A stretch of DNA of 64,000 bases, from positions 10,422 to 74,421 of the forward strand of contig CAZVLA010000036.1 in NCBI GenBank assembly GCA_964627805.1, read 5' to 3'. Below, piece by piece: positions 56,512 through 64,000 of this stretch; position 1 is the stretch's first letter, and every line of letters begins with the position of its first letter. This DNA is from an uncultured Desulfurococcaceae archaeon. GTDB taxonomy: Archaea > Thermoproteota > Thermoprotei_A > Sulfolobales > NBVN01. The notes under the pieces are model-generated. The model was not told where the DNA came from. It saw nothing but the letters and a program-made list of their open reading frames with translations, and did no database searches. Both the position numbers and the translations under genes were made by a program.

Positions 56512-57504
56512 TTACTTAGTGAATTCAGGCTTCTTAAGGAGTCTAAAGTACTCACGAGTTACTGACTCAGCCTCACCACTACTCACTAATGAGAACCTAA
56601 CCCTGTAGTAGGGACCGCACTGAGCTAGTATGTCTACGTATGGTTGGAGGACATGTAGAGCTACTGCGTAACCACCTGTTGTCTGTGCGTCAGCCATTAA
56701 CACAGCTAACTCACTACTAGGTAGTACCTGTACGTAACCCCTATCCGTAGCTATTGATGGTAACCTACCTAAGGACTTAACATCACTTAATTCAGGACCT
56801 ACTAACCTATAACCCATCCTATCAGACTTAGGTGATACTGAGTAGGTACTACTTAAGATGACTCTTAAGTCATTACGTATTAAGTCAGCGTGGATACCCT
56901 CAGTAGCTTTGAGTATAGTGCATGCTGACTTACTAGGTACTCTATACCTTAACCAATCAGGTGGTTCTAGGGACTCAATAGATTCCCAAGTAGATCTTAA
57001 GTCCCTCCTACGTACTTCAAGTACGTCACCCCTCCTAAGTAACCTACCCTTAAACCCCCCGAAACCACCTCTGTAGTAAGTTGATGCGCTACCCATTACG
57101 TAATCAGCTACTAAACCACCTGAGAAGGCTACGTAGGTTATGAAGCCCCTCTTAGGTGGTGATACATCAACTACGCACCCAGCCTCAAGCCATACGGGCT
57201 CCCAAGTATCTACGGACTCACCGCAGGCCTCAATATCGACCCAAGCACCACCTACGGCCATGATGACTTCCTTAAGTACTCTAAACCTAATAGGTGATGC
57301 TACTACCTCAATCAGTGGTGTGTTAGGTTCATTACCTACTAAGGCGTTTAGGTAGGCAGCTGATAACTTATCTAAAGCACCGGATACTGGAACACCTAAT
57401 GACCTATACCCGAACCTCCCTAAGTCCTGAATTGATGCGTAAGCTACGTTAAGAACCTCTACACTCACTAATGAACACCCCCTCAAACCTCCTGAAGTCC
57501 TCAT
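56512..57504 (-). CDS. pxpC: 5-oxoprolinase subunit C (allophanate hydrolase subunit 2 / KipA family)
   Basis: SIQDLGRFGYRSLGVPVSGALD N-terminal block. The likely true start is GTG at 57468, overlapping the pxpB end. Confidence 0.8.
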   Translation of the reverse strand: MRTSGGLRGCSLVSVEVLNVAYASIQDLGRFGYRSLGVPVSGALDKLSAAYLNALVGNEPNTPLIEVVASPIRFRVLKEVIMAVGGAWVDIEACGESVDTWEPVWLEAGCVVDVSPPKRGFITYVAFSGGLVADYVMGSASTYYRGGFGGFKGRLLRRGDVLEVRRRDLRSTWESIESLEPPDWLRYRVPSKSACTILKATEGIHADLIRNDLRVILSSTYSVSPKSDRMGYRLVGPELSDVKSLGRLPSIATDRGYVQVLPSSELAVLMADAQTTGGYAVALHVLQPYVDILAQCGPYYRVRFSLVSSGEAESVTREYFRLLKKPEFTK

Positions 57505-58189
57505 GACTTATTGGGTAGAACGTGATTAAGTCACCGGGCTTTATGGGTGTTGGTGGTTCCTTCCTAGGGTCGAAGGTAGTTACTGGTGTCCTACCTATTA
57601 ACCTCCAACCACCAGGTGCTTCAGTACCGTAGATACCTGTCTGCTTACCAGCAATACCTACTGAGCCCTTAGGTACTCTAGACCTAGGGCTCGGTAGCCT
57701 AGGTACTGCTATCCTATCATCGACCTCACCTAAGTAGAGGAACCCGGGTGTGAATCCCAGCATGAAGCATACGTACTCCCTAGATGTGTGTAGCTTAATG
57801 ACCTCCTCAGTACTTAAGCCAGTTAACTCAGCTACCTCCTCAAGATCGGGTCCGTACTCACCACCGTAGGCTACGGGTACTCTGTACTTAGTAGGCCTCA
57901 CTAACTCTGAAGTACCTACCTCCCTAACGTACCTCCACACACTCCTTACGTAATTAATTAACTTACTAGAGTCTACTTGGTTAGGGTCGTAGAATATTGT
58001 TAGGCTTGAGTAAGCAGGTACTAACTCACTAATCCCTACTACCTCACCACCCCTAATACCCTCCTTAATTAGGTAGTAGAGTGCGTGTACGTACTTATTA
58101 CACTCTAGGTTAATCCCCCTACATAACTCCACATATACTACGTAACCACCGCTACACCTAATTAGTGGTTCCTCGTAGGTACTACTCAT
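57449..58189 (-). CDS. pxpB: 5-oxoprolinase subunit B (allophanate hydrolase subunit 1 / KipI family)
   Basis: VPAYSSLTIFYDP and MLGFTPGFLYLG blocks; 246 aa. Confidence 0.8.
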   Translation of the reverse strand: MSSTYEEPLIRCSGGYVVYVELCRGINLECNKYVHALYYLIKEGIRGGEVVGISELVPAYSSLTIFYDPNQVDSSKLINYVRSVWRYVREVGTSELVRPTKYRVPVAYGGEYGPDLEEVAELTGLSTEEVIKLHTSREYVCFMLGFTPGFLYLGEVDDRIAVPRLPSPRSRVPKGSVGIAGKQTGIYGTEAPGGWRLIGRTPVTTFDPRKEPPTPIKPGDLITFYPISHEDFRRFEGVFISECRGS

Positions 58190-58956
58190 AGGAATTCCCT
58201 TAGAGGAGCTACTCTAATACCCACCCCCTCAAGACCCTCCCTAACCGCCTTAGCTAACTCAACAGCCCCTGGCGAGTCTCCGTGGACGCAGATCGTATGT
58301 ACCTCAACCTCAATTACCTCACCATCAATACTGACTACCCTACCCTCATCAACTGCCTTAATGACTCTCTCAACGACTTCCTTAGGGTTCGTTACTAGTG
58401 CCTTAGGGTGTGACCTAGGTACTAACCTACCGTTACTTAAGTAGTTCCTATCAGCGAAGAACTCGTAAGCTACCTTAATACCCTCACCCTCACCCACCTC
58501 CCTCATTAGTGAGTTCTGAGGTGCTACGAGTATTAAGTTGGGGTTGAACTCCTTGATAGCCAGTACTATAGCCTCTGCGTAGTCCCTCCTATCCCAAGCC
58601 ATATTATAGAGTGCTCCGTGTGGCTTAACGTGCTGTAACTCAATACCCTCAGCCTTAGTGAATGCGTGTAGAGCACCTACTTGGTAGAGTACGTAGTTCC
58701 TCAACTCATCACTCCTAACCTCCATCCTCCTCCTACCAAACCCCATCAAGTCAGGGAATCCGGGGTGAGCACCTACGGCTACCCCCAACTCCTTAGCTAA
58801 CCTAACGGTCCTCCTCATTACGTTAGGGTCACCTGCGTGGAAGCCACAGGCTACGTTGGCTGAGGTTACGTACTTGAAGACCTCCTCATCAAGACCTAAC
58901 TTATACCTACCGAATGACTCACCAGAATCTACGTTCATATCCACGTACTTAACCAA
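58186..58956 (-). CDS. pxpA: 5-oxoprolinase subunit A (LamB/YcsF family)
   Basis: DMNVDSGESFG, ANVACGFHAGDP and KPHGALYN blocks; 256 aa. Confidence 0.85.
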   Translation of the reverse strand: MVKYVDMNVDSGESFGRYKLGLDEEVFKYVTSANVACGFHAGDPNVMRRTVRLAKELGVAVGAHPGFPDLMGFGRRRMEVRSDELRNYVLYQVGALHAFTKAEGIELQHVKPHGALYNMAWDRRDYAEAIVLAIKEFNPNLILVAPQNSLMREVGEGEGIKVAYEFFADRNYLSNGRLVPRSHPKALVTNPKEVVERVIKAVDEGRVVSIDGEVIEVEVHTICVHGDSPGAVELAKAVREGLEGVGIRVAPLREFL

Positions 58957-59019
58957 TTAACGCACCCCCACGACGTAATTGGTTTAGAGGATTAAGAAGT
59001 GGTTTTACTTAATTAAAAA

Positions 59020-60564
59020 TCACGCCTCCTTAAGTATCTCGTAGTACTTAAGCCTCACCTCCTCAGGCGGTGGTTCCGTGAAGGCACCTATCACTACGGA
59101 TAGTAGGAAGTTAATTGCTAGGCCTATCATACCCGCTATCGCTGGGTGGAAGACTATCGGGAACCCTAAGCTACCGCCTACCTGCTTAGAGAGTAGGGCA
59201 GTTATGAATGAACCCACCAGTATACCTACGATAGCGCTCTTCTTAGTTATCCACGCCCTCCTAGACGGGAACACTATCTGGAGTACGGCAGGTAGGAACT
59301 GAAGCCCACCAGCACATGCTATGGCGGTTATGTTGAATATCAGTCCAGGCTTAAGTACGGCTAAGTACCAACCGATGAATGCCCAAGCAAGTAGTAGTAA
59401 CCTACCGACAATCACTAACTCACGCTCACTAGCCTTAGGCCTTACGTACCTCTGGTATATGTCCCTAGTAAGTATTAGTGACGTAGTACCTAGGAACGAG
59501 TCTAGGGTAGACATAGCGGCTGCTGCAGCACCAGCTAGTAGGAACCCAGCTAGTAGTGGTGGTGTGAAGTTGTAGATCATGTAGGCCATCACGGCGTCCC
59601 TAGAGCCGAACTGCTTAATTAGTGACTGTATGAACCCAGCATGAAGTACTCCAGGTACCCCCTTAATATTCAGTACAGCAGCTGTTAGGCCTACTAGAGC
59701 TGCTGGTATGTAGTAACTACTTAAGTATATTGCAGTACCTACGCTAGACCACTTAATAGTCCATGTATCCTTGGATGCGTAGTACTTAATCCATAGGTGC
59801 GGTAGTAGCATGAGTCCTACACTATAGACTATTAAGAAGCTGGTTAAGATGCTTGGGTCCCACCTCATAACCAGTAGTGAGGGCTTTAGAGTCGATAGTG
59901 TGTGGAATAGCTGAGGAACACCACCTGGGAAGAACTTGAAGAGTATTAGTAGGCCAGCGACCCAAACACCTATGTACATCCAGATACCCTGCATTACGTC
60001 GGTCCAGTAAGCAGCTCTTAAACCACCTATCACTACGTAGGCGGCGGCTACTAGCATGAGTATCAGCGACGCCCATACGTAGGGTATGTGACCACCACTA
60101 CCTATAGCTAGTATGATGCCTAAGCCGATAGCCTGAACTACTATGTAAGCTATTATGAATGTAGCTTGGATGACGGCGGTTATTACTCTTAAGGCCTCAC
60201 TCTGGAAGTAATCAGCTATTGCGTCAGCTGGTGTTATGAACTTACGGACCTTACCTAGTAAGTACATCCTCTTACCGTATATGTACCCCCAAATAGCTGC
60301 TAAGGTCGTCCAACCCATTGAGGCTATCCAGAATGATATACCAGCTGCTGAGAACACAGCTACGCTAGTTAGGAATGCGAATGCGCTGTGGTACGTCGAC
60401 GCTATCGATAGGAATATAACGATCAGTCCTGCGGTCCTACTCAGTACGTAGAAGTCCTCTATAGTCCTCCTGAAGAACCTCTTAGCTACGTACCCAATAC
60501 CTATGCAGATTACTGAGTAAGCTATTATTATTGAGGTTACGTAGACCCACGCACTGTTGGTCAA
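59020..60564 (-). CDS. Sodium:solute symporter family transporter
   Basis: 514 aa, about 13 TM. GGLRAAYWTDVMQG block is typical of SSS transporters. Confidence 0.85.
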   Translation of the reverse strand: MTNSAWVYVTSIIIAYSVICIGIGYVAKRFFRRTIEDFYVLSRTAGLIVIFLSIASTYHSAFAFLTSVAVFSAAGISFWIASMGWTTLAAIWGYIYGKRMYLLGKVRKFITPADAIADYFQSEALRVITAVIQATFIIAYIVVQAIGLGIILAIGSGGHIPYVWASLILMLVAAAYVVIGGLRAAYWTDVMQGIWMYIGVWVAGLLILFKFFPGGVPQLFHTLSTLKPSLLVMRWDPSILTSFLIVYSVGLMLLPHLWIKYYASKDTWTIKWSSVGTAIYLSSYYIPAALVGLTAAVLNIKGVPGVLHAGFIQSLIKQFGSRDAVMAYMIYNFTPPLLAGFLLAGAAAAAMSTLDSFLGTTSLILTRDIYQRYVRPKASERELVIVGRLLLLAWAFIGWYLAVLKPGLIFNITAIACAGGLQFLPAVLQIVFPSRRAWITKKSAIVGILVGSFITALLSKQVGGSLGFPIVFHPAIAGMIGLAINFLLSVVIGAFTEPPPEEVRLKYYEILKEA

Positions 60565-60570
60565 GCACCA

Positions 60571-60825
60571 TCACCTCCAACTAACCTTAGCCGCTATGAT
60601 CGTGAAGATCAGTATTAACCACCAAATCACTAAGGAGTAGAAGAATACGTAGCTAACACCGCATACCATGGGCTCGACCTTATTGACCGCGTAGACACCG
60701 TATAGTGCCGCGTACAGTACTATGAAGATACCTATTAATACGTAAGTTACTCTACTCTTGATTACTGAGGGTCTAATCTCATCAATAACTCTACGTGGGG
60801 TACGTTGCTTACTCAGAACTACCAC
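60571..60825 (-). CDS. Small 2-TM membrane protein accompanying the symporter
   Basis: 84 aa, two hydrophobic helices, 6 nt upstream of the SSS gene. This arrangement is known for small accessory proteins of SSS transporters. Confidence 0.5.
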   Translation of the reverse strand: MVVLSKQRTPRRVIDEIRPSVIKSRVTYVLIGIFIVLYAALYGVYAVNKVEPMVCGVSYVFFYSLVIWWLILIFTIIAAKVSWR

Positions 60826-60963
60826 CGACTATATAGTCTATATGTTACGTAAATAAATATTCTGCTACGCCCTCAAGTAACTCCCTTAACTTCTATTTAT
60901 TAAGTGGATAAAGAATCCATACGTAACTATCGAATAACTCACCCTAGACCACTCAATACGGTT

Positions 60964-61932
60964 TCAGACCTCCTTAACTAATTTCCTAAGCACCTCAGCC
61001 ACGTACTCCGGCGTCGTGTCGTAAGTGAAGTTACCCCCTCCCTGCTCCATACCTGCCGCGTACTTCAACCTACCACTAACTCTGTACATTCCGTAGATCT
61101 CGATATGTAGGTGGTAGTGACTGTAGTTACCCCCTCTTAAGGGTGCTTGATGCATTACTAGTATGTAGGGCATCGGCTTATCAAATACCTTATCAAGTGC
61201 TTTAAGTACCTTAACTAAGGCCTTAGCTAAGCCCCTAACCTCACCCTCACTTAACTCAGTAATTAATTGAGTGTGTCTCCTTAGGTAGATATGTACTTCG
61301 AATGGCCAGTGTGCGTAGAATGGTACGAAAGCTACTACGTAGTCATTAATCAGTAGTAACCTAGAGCCGTCCCTAACCTCAGCATTCATTATGTCGCAGA
61401 ATAAGCACCTCCCGAACCTCCTCATGTAGATCCACGAACTGTAGAGCTCCCTAAAGACCTTAGTTGGTGTGAATGGTGTTACGTAGATCTGACTGTGTGG
61501 GTGTGTTAGTGAGACACCTATCTCCTCACCCCTATTCCTAAACCATAGTACGTAGGTGTAGCCCTCCCTCCTACACTCCTCAGTAACCCTCCTAACCTCC
61601 TCAATAACCTTAGAGACACCATCAACACCTAACTCACTAATGTCCCTTAAGTCATGCTTAGGTGTCTCAATAAGTACTAAGCACCTACCCCTACCCTCAG
61701 CCCTAACTAGTGGGTACTCACCAACATCAACCTTAGGTGGGTTAGGTACTAGCATTGGGTACTTATTATCTAGGGTTAGTACCTCCCAATCACCACTACC
61801 TACCTCAGGGGATCCCGGGCAGAATGGGCACCCACCCTTAGGTCTCCAAGGCCTCAACTCCCTAATGTTGGAGACCATGACCCACTCAAGAAGTGTTGGG
61901 TCCCACCTAAGCTCAAGAACTAACTTACGCAA
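60964..61932 (-). CDS. galT: Galactose-1-phosphate uridylyltransferase
   Basis: CPFCPG zinc motif and active-site HPHSQIY (HxHxQ); 322 aa. Confidence 0.85.
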   Translation of the reverse strand: MRKLVLELRWDPTLLEWVMVSNIRELRPWRPKGGCPFCPGSPEVGSGDWEVLTLDNKYPMLVPNPPKVDVGEYPLVRAEGRGRCLVLIETPKHDLRDISELGVDGVSKVIEEVRRVTEECRREGYTYVLWFRNRGEEIGVSLTHPHSQIYVTPFTPTKVFRELYSSWIYMRRFGRCLFCDIMNAEVRDGSRLLLINDYVVAFVPFYAHWPFEVHIYLRRHTQLITELSEGEVRGLAKALVKVLKALDKVFDKPMPYILVMHQAPLRGGNYSHYHLHIEIYGMYRVSGRLKYAAGMEQGGGNFTYDTTPEYVAEVLRKLVKEV

Positions 61933-62002
61933 TTAAGCCCCTACTAAGGGTTGGTTAGCTTTACTTAAAAAGGTACGTGGGGTGTTTGGATTGTTAAGTA
62001 AC

Positions 62003-62197
62003 TCACTCCTCAACCTTAATAGCTCCTACGGGGCATGTGGACTCACAGACCCTACAGCCAATGCATGCGTCTGGATTAACTACCTCAGCCTTACCCTCCT
62101 TAACCTCCAGAACACCCTGAGGGCATGATGACGCGCACGCACCGCATCCGGTGCACTTCTCCTTATCAACTACTGGTCTAGGCATAGGCTTCACCAA
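62003..62197 (-). CDS. 2x[4Fe-4S] ferredoxin
   Basis: CTGCGACASSCP and CIGCRVCESTCP in 64 aa. Confidence 0.85.
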   Translation of the reverse strand: MVKPMPRPVVDKEKCTGCGACASSCPQGVLEVKEGKAEVVNPDACIGCRVCESTCPVGAIKVEE

Positions 62198-62326
62198 AAC
62201 CTCATTACGGGAGAATAATTTAAGCTTTTAACTCAGGGCTGGAGCTCGTGATACTCCGTAATTCATTAGGTAATCCCTACTACCTTAATTACGTACCTAA
62301 TCACTACATTACTAGGTGCTTAACTC

Positions 62327-63151
62327 GTGGGTGGGGAGCACATACTCTACACTAAGTTAGCTAAGTACTACGACGTAATCTATAGGGAGTACCTTAAGTC
62401 TGTAGTTCCTAGGGAGATTGATGCCGTTGAGGAGGTGTTTAGGAGGTTCGCTAGGAGGGTGGTTAGGGAGGTACTCGACATAGCCTGCGGTACTGGAGGA
62501 CCTACTCTTGAGTTAGCTAGGAGGGGCTACTTAGTTACTGGTGCTGACCTCCATGAGGAGGTTATTGAGTTAGCTAGGGTGAAGGCTAGGGAGGCTGGAC
62601 TTAAGGTAGACTTCGTAGTTACTGATGCTAGGGGCTTGAGTAGGGTATTCCCTAGTGATTCCTTCGACGCAGTAACTATGTTCTTCTCATCAATTAACTA
62701 CATGACTAGTTGGGGTGACCTACTTAAGTTATTGAGTGAGGTTAAGTACGTACTTAGGGAGGGTGGTGTATTCGTAGCTGACGCACCTAACCCCCACGAC
62801 CTCATGTTTAGGTTAGGTAGGGGAGGTGGTGAGGGTAGGGCATACACATGGGATGTGGAGGGGGCTGAGGAGGGTGAGTACGTAGTACTTACTGACTGGA
62901 AGGAAGTAATTAACTGGGTTGATGGCGTGATTAGGTTTAAGAGATTAATAACCATAGTGAGGAATAACGGGAGAACTGAGTCATACCTAATGAGTGATAC
63001 CCTAAGACTACACACAGCTAAGGAACTAGAACTAGCAGCTAAGGAAGCAGACTTCAAGGAAGTTAAGGTAATGTGCTACTCAAAAGGAAAACTACTTAAC
63101 CCATCCGAAGGAGGTACCTGCGGGAGGCTAGTACTAGTAGCTGTAAAGTAG
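62327..63151 (+). CDS. Class I SAM-dependent methyltransferase
   Basis: Motif I VLDIACGTGG and an acidic post-I residue (GADL); 274 aa. Confidence 0.8.
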   Translation: MGGEHILYTKLAKYYDVIYREYLKSVVPREIDAVEEVFRRFARRVVREVLDIACGTGGPTLELARRGYLVTGADLHEEVIELARVKAREAGLKVDFVVTDARGLSRVFPSDSFDAVTMFFSSINYMTSWGDLLKLLSEVKYVLREGGVFVADAPNPHDLMFRLGRGGGEGRAYTWDVEGAEEGEYVVLTDWKEVINWVDGVIRFKRLITIVRNNGRTESYLMSDTLRLHTAKELELAAKEADFKEVKVMCYSKGKLLNPSEGGTCGRLVLVAVK

Positions 63152-63632
63152 GTTTTGAACTTAGCTTACGCATAGACTACACTACGTAAATCACTGTTTG
63201 GGTAGGATTAGGTACTTCACTTAAGGAGCTTCAACAGCGAGGCTATAAGCACTAACACCACACAATGGTTCATAAAAAGAGAGTAACTAATTAAGTTTAC
63301 TGAAGTAATGAACGAAGCTAACTTGAGGAGGTGAGTCCTTACGGAGTTTGTAAGGTTAAGTAACGTAACGTACATCTCATTAATAGAAAACAAACCATGA
63401 ATATATCTTAGGAAGGATCCTAAGGTCAGTATCAGCACCCCCTATACGAGGGAGGGCTTTCCTGAGAATATAGTCTTATTCACTACTTAACTGATTTGTG
63501 AGGGGTTGGGTAGGTTCTTTACGGTCTTTTAGGGTAGTTATTACTAATTTTAGATTAGCTTTTAGTGTTGGGTTAGTGAGTCCTTCCCTTGATGTGGTGG
63601 TATCCTCTGTTATGAGGGCTTGATTAGTGGGT

Positions 63633-64000
63633 TTAGTTAGGTTGTTCCTGTGTTGTTAGTTTGTTGATTAGTTCTTCAATCTCCTTTAGGTCTTCCTTAC
63701 TTAGTTTCTTCTTACTCCTTATTTCCCTACCCTTATTAGCTAGTGCTTTATGTATTGGGTTTTGTGGGTTGTACTTAGGTATTTTGAAGTACCTTAGGAA
63801 TCTTGGCTGTACGTGCCCTACCCATGGTGAGAGCTCCTTAACTACTTCATTAATTTGTGGTGATAGTAACGTAGTCATTAAGTAGTTAGCTTCCTCCTCA
63901 CTACTAACTACTACGTAGTTTACGGTGTAGTCCGGTATTGCTCCTTCAGTATCTACTGCTACCTTAAATTCCTTAGCTACGTCTCTCCACATGACCTTAT
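63633..64000 (-). CDS. C-terminal fragment of a protein continuing beyond the window (function unknown; weak resemblance to C-termini of DNA methyltransferase/restriction proteins)
   Basis: The reading frame is open to the window edge, with no stop upstream of the listed Met. Lys/Glu-rich tail uses AAA/GAA/ACA/CAA codons, unlike the rest of the window. Confidence 0.35.
   Translation of the reverse strand, partial: KVMWRDVAKEFKVAVDTEGAIPDYTVNYVVVSSEEEANYLMTTLLSPQINEVVKELSPWVGHVQPRFLRYFKIPKYNPQNPIHKALANKGREIRSKKKLSKEDLKEIEELINKLTTQEQPN

Noticed and set aside
63217-63438. 73-aa hydrophobic minus-strand ORF in the gene-poor region at the right edge.
   Set aside because: A small membrane protein is possible. 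However, codon usage is irregular, there is no clear start context and no motif, so evidence is insufficient to call a gene.
1-64000. About 45 additional ORFs of 60-215 aa in the six-frame track lie antisense to larger ORFs. Examples: 2665-2856, 3972-4232, 6262-6543, 9489-9785, 13027-13236, 13908-14138, 15823-16071, 16184-16402, 17497-17766, 30733-30978, 35531-35740, 47413-47667, 47974-48246, 53007-53297, 59078-59575, 61640-61936.
   Set aside because: Their translations are Ser/Thr/Leu/Pro-rich low complexity without motifs. Each is fully contained in a longer ORF on the other strand that carries clear family motifs. The strongly purine-rich coding strands of this genome deplete stop codons on the antisense strand, which produces such shadow ORFs.
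1-64000. Search for CRISPR arrays, tRNA genes, rRNA genes, IS elements and integrases.
   Set aside because: I found no regularly spaced direct repeats and no T-arm-like GGTTC(G/A)AATCC strings or their complements. No cloverleaf-compatible GC-rich 75-nt segments were seen. No transposase or integrase motifs appear in any ORF. A by-eye scan can miss intron-containing or split tRNAs.

Overview
I read this 64 kb window as an ordinary chromosomal segment of a hyperthermophilic crenarchaeon. It looks Thermoproteales-like, possibly Caldivirga or Vulcanisaeta. That assignment is inferred only from several sequence habits. Arg is almost always AGG. GTG and TTG starts are frequent. Coding strands are purine-rich, intergenic gaps are very short, and TATA-like boxes sit close to starts. 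About 58 protein-coding genes can be supported. I found no rRNA, tRNA, CRISPR array, transposase or integrase. All family calls come from motifs read by eye in the supplied translations, because no database search was possible.

Housekeeping content:
- prefoldin alpha and beta, a GPN-loop GTPase and Sir2
- tungsten-type aldehyde:ferredoxin oxidoreductase with a poly-ferredoxin partner
- a 2-oxoacid:ferredoxin oxidoreductase with fused alpha-beta subunits
- a PiT/PhoU-like/PstS-like phosphate cluster
- an ABC-2 exporter
- a sugar ABC importer with a bindosome-type binding protein
- galK and galT, pxpABC and a sodium:solute symporter

Most notable loci:
1. 27854-37694 is a translationally coupled pair of giant exported proteins of 2042 and 1239 aa with no recognisable enzymatic motif. 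The first ends in a Ser/Thr-rich linker plus a C-terminal membrane anchor. The second is built from repeated PEGA-like beta modules. I propose an uncharacterised cell-envelope (S-layer-like anchor plus canopy) module.
2. 3028-4839 is a split OLD/PARIS-like pair: an ABC-type ATPase followed by a small TOPRIM-like protein. It is a candidate defence system.
3. 19927-21325 is a DUF2400-type HhH-GPD-like protein. It carries a four-Cys Fe-S loop and is fused to a RecB/Cas4-like PD-(D/E)xK nuclease. It is interrupted by a +1 frame change.
4. 39602-41014 has an ICMT-like methyltransferase adjacent to a CPBP (Rce1-type) protease.
5. 45194-47292 has a membrane-anchored C39-like peptidase next to a second CPBP gene.
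6. 38579-38911 is an encapsulated-ferritin-like gene with no encapsulin nearby.
7. 8212-8733 is a small Cys-rich exported protein with clearly foreign codon usage.
8. Two GC-rich intergenic islands could be structured RNAs.
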